From: Cupriavidus necator
GTDB taxonomy: Bacteria > Pseudomonadota > Gammaproteobacteria > Burkholderiales > Burkholderiaceae
NCBI RefSeq assembly: GCF_016127575.1
Contig: NZ_CP066019.1
Location: forward strand, 2,760,001 to 2,792,000
Length of the DNA: 32,000 nucleotides
Reading direction: 5' to 3'
The position numbers were made by a program, and so were the translations under genes. The notes under the pieces are model-generated. The model did no database searches. It was not told the origin of the DNA and was given only the letters and a program-made list of their open reading frames with translations. Positions 27,428 to 32,000 of the stretch are shown here, one piece after another. Numbering within the stretch: position 1 is the first letter of the stretch; every line of letters begins with the position of its first letter.

Positions 27428-28396
27428 ATGAAACCGACCTTCACCGCCATCGCGCTGCTGGCGGCATGCGCAAGCGGCGCCGCACATGCAAGCGCGTATC
27501 CCGACCGGCCGATCAAGCTGATCGTCCCCTACGCCGCCGGCGGCACCACCGACATCATTGCCCGCATCGTCGGCACGCGCCTGGGCCCGGTGCTGGGGCA
27601 ACCGGTGGTGGTCGAGAACCGCCCGGGCGCCGGCGGCGCGGTCGGCAGCGCCTACGCGGCCAGGCAGCCGGCCGACGGCTACACGCTGGTGATGGAGGTG
27701 GAGAGCTCGCACGCCGTCAACCCCAACGTCTACCTGAAGACCGCCTATGACCCGGTCAAGGACTTCGCGCCGGTCAGCAACCTGGCCGACGTGCCCAACG
27801 TGCTGGTGGTCAACCCGGCGTTCCCGGCCACGGACCTGCAGTCGTTCATCAAGCTGCTGAAGGCCAACCCGGGCAAGTACTCGTTCGGCTCGTCCGGCAA
27901 CGGCGGACTGAGCCATATGAACGGCGAGCTGTTCATGAACGCCACCGGCACGCGCATGCTGCACGTGCCATACAAGGGCCTGGGCCCGGCGCTCAACGAT
28001 GCGGTGGCAGGCCAGATCCAGGTGGTGTTCGACAATATCCCGTCGTCGTCCGGCCTGATCCAGGGCGGGCGCCTGAAGCCGCTGGCGGTCGCCGCGCAGC
28101 AGCGCCTGAAGGTGCTGCCCAATGTGCCGACCTATGCCGAGGCCGGCCTGCCGGCGATGAACAACCCGTCGTGGTTCGGCCTGGGCGCACCGGCGGGCAC
28201 GCCCTCGGCCATTCTCGACAAGCTCAACGACGCCGTGCGCCAGGTATTGGCCGAGCCCGAGGTGATCGCCGCCATCGAGAAACAAGGTGCGATCCCGGCA
28301 CCGAGTTCGCGCAAGGCCTTCGGCGACCTGATCCGGGCGCAGAATGCGCACTGGAAGCAAGTCGTCGAGGACATCCATTTCACCAGGCTCCAGTAA
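27428..28396 (+). CDS. Bug family tripartite tricarboxylate transporter substrate-binding protein (TctC-like, 322 aa)
   Basis: ORF 27428..28396(+). Signal peptide, then YPDRPIKLIVPYAAGGTTDIIARIV...ENRPGAGG. GGAGA lies upstream of the ATG. Confidence 0.9.
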   Translation: MKPTFTAIALLAACASGAAHASAYPDRPIKLIVPYAAGGTTDIIARIVGTRLGPVLGQPVVVENRPGAGGAVGSAYAARQPADGYTLVMEVESSHAVNPNVYLKTAYDPVKDFAPVSNLADVPNVLVVNPAFPATDLQSFIKLLKANPGKYSFGSSGNGGLSHMNGELFMNATGTRMLHVPYKGLGPALNDAVAGQIQVVFDNIPSSSGLIQGGRLKPLAVAAQQRLKVLPNVPTYAEAGLPAMNNPSWFGLGAPAGTPSAILDKLNDAVRQVLAEPEVIAAIEKQGAIPAPSSRKAFGDLIRAQNAHWKQVVEDIHFTRLQ

Positions 28397-28411
28397 GCCA
28401 CAAGGAACGAC

Positions 28412-29188
28412 ATGAGCGCACTTCAGCAAGAACCGCACGCCGGCGTCGAGATCGACGCGCGCGGCATCGCCACCGTCACCATCCGCGAGGCGGGCTCGCT
28501 CAATATCCTGAGCACGCCGGTGATCGCATCGCTCACGCGCGCCATCGAAGCGCTGGCCGGCAATGACGCGGTACGCGTGCTGGTGCTGCGCGGCGCCGGC
28601 GAGAAAGGCTTTGTCGGCGGTGCCGACATCAAGGAAATGGCCGCACTGGACCGCGCCAGCGCCGAGGCCTTCATCAGCGGCCTGCGCCGCCTGTGCGACG
28701 CCGTGCGCCACCTGCCGGTGCCGGTGATCGCGCGCATGCCGGGCTGGTGCCTGGGCGGCGGGCTGGAACTGGCGCTGGCGTGCGATATCCGCATCGCCGC
28801 CGACAACGCGCAGCTGGGCATGCCGGAAGTGAAGGTCGGCATCCCGTCGGTGATCCACGCCGCGCTGATGCCGCGCCTGATCGGCAATGCGCGCACGGCG
28901 TGGATGCTGCTGACGGGCGAGATCACCGATGCCGCCGAGGCGCTGCAATGGGGGCTGGTGAGCCGCGTGGTGCCGCTGGCGGAGCTGGACCTGGAAATCG
29001 AACGCGTGGCCGCGCTGCTGGCCGGCTTCGGCCCGGTCGCGGTGCGCCAGCAGAAGCGCCTGCTGCGCGAGTGGGAAGATGCGCCGCTGGAAGTCTCGAT
29101 CAACAACAGCGTGACCGAGTTCGGCAGCGCCTTCGACACCGGCGAGCCACAGCAGCACATGGCCACCTTCCTGAACCGCAAGCGCTGA
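28412..29188 (+). CDS. Enoyl-CoA hydratase/isomerase (crotonase) family protein (258 aa)
   Basis: ORF 28412..29188(+). GFVGGADIKEM and GWCLGGGLELALACDIRIAADNAQLGMPEVKVGIPS form the oxyanion hole and crotonase signature. AAGGA lies upstream of the ATG. Confidence 0.9.
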   Translation: MSALQQEPHAGVEIDARGIATVTIREAGSLNILSTPVIASLTRAIEALAGNDAVRVLVLRGAGEKGFVGGADIKEMAALDRASAEAFISGLRRLCDAVRHLPVPVIARMPGWCLGGGLELALACDIRIAADNAQLGMPEVKVGIPSVIHAALMPRLIGNARTAWMLLTGEITDAAEALQWGLVSRVVPLAELDLEIERVAALLAGFGPVAVRQQKRLLREWEDAPLEVSINNSVTEFGSAFDTGEPQQHMATFLNRKR

Positions 29189-29204
29189 AGCGCGGGGAAA
29201 GTGT

Positions 29205-30152
29205 TTACGGCGCCGTGGCTGCCACGGCGCCGCCTTCGCGCGTGGCCACCACGCGCGGATCGTTCAGCAGGAACTGCGCAAAGGCCTCGGCAAACGCCGG
29301 CAGCTTGCCGTCGGCGCGCACGATCAGGTTCAGTTCGCGCAGCGCCCACGGCTCTGCCAGCCGCACCCCCACCACGCGCGCCTCGCGCAGGGCCTGCGCC
29401 GCCACGCTGCGCGGTACCAGCGCCACCCCCACTCCGGCCTCGGCCAGCGACAGCACCGCATCGAAGCTGTGCGCATGCAGCCGCACGTTGGGCCCCTTGC
29501 CCGCGCGCTGCGCCATGTCGCGCAGGAACAGGAAGTTGCTGCTGGTGCGGCTCATGCAGACAAAGTCGAAGGCCAGCGCCGCGCCGAAGCGCACTTCGGG
29601 CTCGCGCGCCAGCGGGTGATCCGCGGCCACCGCAAGGATCAGCTCGTCGCGCGCGTAGCGCACCGAGCGCACCCCGGTGGCTTCGCCGCCCGTCTGGAAA
29701 TCGCCCGCCAGGATGCCGACATCGGCTTCATGCGCCGCCACCGCCGCCAGGATCGACTGGCTGGCGCGCTCCTCCAGGTCGATGTTCACATCCGGGTTGG
29801 CCAGCAGGAAGCGGCTCACGCTCGGGATGATGAAACCGTTGAGCGAACTGCTGTTGGCCAGCAGCCGGATATTGCCCTTCAGTCCGGCAGAAAAGCGTCC
29901 CACCTCGCCGTGCATGCGCTCGACGCCAAGCAACAGTTCGCGCACATGGACCAGCAGGGTTTCGCCGGCCGGCGTCAGCTCCATGCCGCGCGCGGTACGC
30001 ACGAACAGCGGCGTGCCCATCGCGTGCTCCAGGTTCTTCAGCCGGTAGCTCGCCGCCGACGCGGTGATATGCGTGGCCGAAGCGCCACCTGACAGGCTTT
30101 GCGCATCGGCAATGGCCTGGAACAGGCGCAGGTCGGTCAGTTCGTAACGCAA
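29205..30152 (-). CDS. LysR family transcriptional regulator (315 aa with the TTG start; 335 aa if the ATG at 30212 is used)
   Basis: ORF 29205..30419(-). wHTH: LTDLRLFQAIADAQSLSGGASATHITASAASYRLKNLEHAMGTPLFVR. The TTG at 30152 has GGAG 5 nt upstream and yields the canonical short N-terminus MRYELTDLRLF. The ATG at 30212 lacks an RBS. The track's 5' extension to 30419 is implausible. Confidence 0.85.
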   Translation of the reverse strand: MRYELTDLRLFQAIADAQSLSGGASATHITASAASYRLKNLEHAMGTPLFVRTARGMELTPAGETLLVHVRELLLGVERMHGEVGRFSAGLKGNIRLLANSSSLNGFIIPSVSRFLLANPDVNIDLEERASQSILAAVAAHEADVGILAGDFQTGGEATGVRSVRYARDELILAVAADHPLAREPEVRFGAALAFDFVCMSRTSSNFLFLRDMAQRAGKGPNVRLHAHSFDAVLSLAEAGVGVALVPRSVAAQALREARVVGVRLAEPWALRELNLIVRADGKLPAFAEAFAQFLLNDPRVVATREGGAVAATAP

Positions 30153-30276
30153 GGCAACTCCGTTTGGGGCAGGACGGTCGAAAGGATTGGCGCTTGGTGG
30201 TGTCGCGGCCATTCTAGTGCAGCACCGTGGACTTCCCGCCCGCCCTCCAGCCTGCACACACTCCGCCCATTTAATG

Positions 30277-30289
30277 TGGACGTCGTCCA
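30277..30289. promoter_or_regulatory. LysR-type T-N11-A dyad TGGACG-T-CGTCCA in the LysR/VOC divergent intergenic region
   Basis: Read directly: TGGACGTCGTCCA at 30277..30289 is a perfect 6-bp dyad with T and A 11 nt apart. A third copy of the half-site, TGTGGACG, occurs at 30308..30315 (compare 30275..30282). Confidence 0.45.
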
Positions 30290-30417
30290 TTTTCTTTGCT
30301 AAGGTATTGTGGACGGCGTACACAAAAGCATGCGCCAGTTGCCAGCGCGCCGCCTGATTCGCGCGCCATGCCGATATCCACGGCCGCCCGAGCGGCGGCC
30401 TACCTACAGGAGTTGTC

Positions 30418-30843
30418 ATGCAAGTCCAGCCCTATCTGTTCTTCGAAGGCCGTTGCGATGAAGCCGTTGAGTTCTATAAGAAGATTCTCGGCGCCAAGGT
30501 CAACATGCGGATGACGTTCAAGGACAACCCGGAGGCCGGCAAGGGCGGCGAGGGTTGCCAGCCCGGCGCCGGCACCGAAGACAAGGTCATGCACATGGAG
30601 TTCCAGATCGGCGACAGCGTGATCATGGCCTCCGACGGCCGCTGCTCGAACCAGCCCGACTTCCATGGCTTCGCCCTGTCGATCAACTATCCTGACAAGG
30701 CCGCGGTCGAAAAGGCCTTCAACGGCCTGAAGGAAGGCGGCCAGGTAGTGATGCCGCTGGACAAGACTTTCTTTGCCGACCAGTTCGGCATGGTCACCGA
30801 CCGCTTCGGCATCATGTGGATGCTGCTGTCGGCACCGAAGTAA
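30418..30843 (+). CDS. VOC (glyoxalase/bleomycin-resistance/PhnB-like) family protein (141 aa)
   Basis: ORF 30418..30843(+). MQVQPYLFFEGRCDEAVEFYKKILGA...VMHMEFQIGDSVIMASD...FADQFGMVTDRFGIMWML is typical of PhnB-like VOC proteins. AGGAG lies upstream of the ATG. Confidence 0.85.
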   Translation: MQVQPYLFFEGRCDEAVEFYKKILGAKVNMRMTFKDNPEAGKGGEGCQPGAGTEDKVMHMEFQIGDSVIMASDGRCSNQPDFHGFALSINYPDKAAVEKAFNGLKEGGQVVMPLDKTFFADQFGMVTDRFGIMWMLLSAPK

Positions 30844-30929
30844 GCCGCGCATCGCGCAGGTTTCCCGGCAGCGACGCGCCCCTTGAGCATAAGGGCTTAC
30901 AATGCGCCGCCTGCCGGAGAAACCACGCC

Positions 30930-31133
30930 ATGGACGATCGCATCAACGAACTCGAAATCAAGCTCGCCTTCCAGGAAGACCTGCTTGATACCCTGAACAG
31001 CACCGTGGCGCGCCAGCAGCATCAGATCGACCTGCTGCAGGAGCAGTTCCGCGCGCTGTACCAGCAGGTGCGCAGCGCCGCCACCACCGCGGCCGAAGCC
31101 GATCCCCAGCAGGAAATCCCGCCGCACTACTGA
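30930..31133 (+). CDS. slyX: SlyX family protein (67 aa, coiled coil)
   Basis: Trimmed from ORF 30816..31133(+) to MDDRINELEIKLAFQEDLLDTLNSTVARQQHQIDLLQEQFRALYQQV, which matches the SlyX pattern. GGAGA lies upstream of the ATG at 30930. Confidence 0.85.
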   Translation: MDDRINELEIKLAFQEDLLDTLNSTVARQQHQIDLLQEQFRALYQQVRSAATTAAEADPQQEIPPHY

Positions 31134-31253
31134 TCGACGCGGCCCGCGCCATGCAGGCCGATCGCCGATGTGACGGAACGCCATCCCGCCCGCGCGGTCT
31201 GACAGGCTGGCTCCATCCACCGCCGCCCTCGACAGGCGCGCCCCATCCGCCAC

Positions 31254-31808
31254 ATGCGTCTGAAACTTTCCCTGCTGATTGCCGCCGCCTGCGTCGCTGG
31301 TGCCTCCTCGGCGCTGGCCGGCTACAACATCTGGACCGGCGAGTACTCCCTCTCCCGGCAGGAACTGCAGACCGCGCTGGACCAGCGCTTCCCCGCCACG
31401 CTGCGCTACGCCGAAGTCGTCAGCGTGCAGCTCAGCCATCCCCGGCTGGTGCTGGACGAGGCCAACAACCGCGTCACCACCCATGTCGACGCACGCCTGA
31501 CCAACGCCTTGCTGCCCTCCCCGCCGGTAGACGGCAAGCTCGCGCTGAACAGCGGCGTGCGCTACGACCCGGCCAAACGCGCGGTGCTGCTCGACAACCC
31601 GACCGTACAGCAGGTGGAAGTCGCCGGCATGGGGCAATACCGCGAACAGCTCAACGCCATCGGCGCTGTGGTTGCGCAGCAATTGCTGAAGGACTATCCG
31701 GTCTATACGTTCAAACCCGAAGAACTGCGCGTCGGCGGCAAGGACGTGGAGCCGGGGGCGATTACCGTGGGCAAGGATGAGGTGCGGGTGGAGGTGAAGC
31801 AGCGGTAG
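31254..31808 (+). CDS. DUF1439 (YceB-like) domain-containing exported protein (184 aa)
   Basis: ORF 31254..31808(+). Signal peptide MRLKLSLLIAAACVAGASSALAG, then YSLSRQELQTALDQRFP...GKLALNSGVRYDPAKRAVLLDNP...YTFKPEE, which resembles the DUF1439 family. Confidence 0.8.
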   Translation: MRLKLSLLIAAACVAGASSALAGYNIWTGEYSLSRQELQTALDQRFPATLRYAEVVSVQLSHPRLVLDEANNRVTTHVDARLTNALLPSPPVDGKLALNSGVRYDPAKRAVLLDNPTVQQVEVAGMGQYREQLNAIGAVVAQQLLKDYPVYTFKPEELRVGGKDVEPGAITVGKDEVRVEVKQR

Positions 31809-31848
31809 GCATAGCCTGCGGGCCAGGCTCGCTCCTTCTTCCTCTACC

Positions 31849-32000
31849 TCAACCCCGGCCACCTCTGAACACCACCCCCAACCCCGCCAGCACCGCCCCC
31901 ATCCCCGCCATCGCCAGCGGCGCCATGCGGTTGCCCAGCAGCAGGTAGTCGAGCACCGCCGTGCCCGCCGGCACCAGGTAGAACAGGCTGGTGACGTTGA
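31849..32000 (-). CDS. Partial CDS (C-terminal ~49 codons; the 5' end lies beyond the window end): DMT/EamA-like permease
   Basis: Not in the ORF track because it runs off the edge. My minus-strand translation gives ...NVTSLFYLVPAGTAVLDYLLLGNRMAPLAMAGMGAVLAGLGVVFRGGRG, with stop TGA at 31851..31849. The sequence is typical of the last two TM helices of EamA-domain transporters. Confidence 0.5.
   Translation of the reverse strand, partial: NVTSLFYLVPAGTAVLDYLLLGNRMAPLAMAGMGAVLAGLGVVFRGGRG

Noticed and set aside
27278-29158. 626-aa ORF on the minus strand spanning the Bug and enoyl-CoA hydratase genes. Similar long antisense ORFs occur at 411..1769(+), 1736..3121(-), 3883..4854(-), 8745..10010(+), 10534..11724(-), 12751..14004(-), 14884..16467(-), 21184..22353(+), 23029..24465(+), 24314..25927(+) and 26176..27516(-).
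   Set aside because: Each lies antisense to, or out of frame with, a gene that has an unmistakable family signature (argG, Bug, crotonase, porin, MFS and others). Their translations are Arg/Ala/Gly/His/Pro-rich low-complexity strings with no motifs. Stop-codon depletion on the opposite strand is expected at this GC content. They are shadow ORFs, not overlapping genes.

Overview
This is a very GC-rich, gene-dense segment whose third codon positions are dominated by G/C. It looks betaproteobacterial, most like a Cupriavidus/Ralstonia-type Burkholderiaceae replicon. That assignment is an inference from two Bug-family periplasmic receptors, many LysR/AraC regulators, CoA-dependent catabolic cassettes and a Burkholderiales-type porin. 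I call 31 complete and 2 edge-truncated CDSs.

Gene order: partial transglycosylase-like gene, aldo/keto reductase, FAD enzyme with halogenase motifs + FabG-like SDR + CPA2 antiporter, LysR, secreted SGNH hydrolase, GST, proline iminopeptidase, GcvA-type LysR with divergent RidA-OYE pair, AraC with divergent quinone oxidoreductase-TauD-acyl-CoA ligase operon, a minus-strand BKACE-DUF1289-DsbA-like-Bug operon with a divergent second AraC, a 0.5-kb structured inverted-repeat element, porin, MFS + YdeN-type hydrolase, argG, CaiB-Bug-enoyl-CoA hydratase cassette, LysR, VOC protein, SlyX, DUF1439 protein, partial DMT permease.

I see no rRNA, tRNA, CRISPR array, transposase, integrase, phage gene, or recognisable defence or toxin-antitoxin system. 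Overall this is ordinary accessory metabolism.

The observations most worth following up:
- A 21-bp-phased tandem operator (TGTCCC-N8-AA-N5, twice) followed 19-20 nt later by GATACT. It occurs upstream of both the BKACE operon and the MFS-hydrolase operon 5 kb away, which implies a small AraC regulon.
- The same promoter architecture, with a different half-site, at the paralogous AraC/qor locus.
- An orphan FAD enzyme carrying the flavin-dependent-halogenase WxWxIP signature.
- A REP/MITE-like inverted repeat whose hairpins are preserved by a compensatory substitution.

The many long ORFs antisense to clear genes are treated as GC-driven shadow ORFs.
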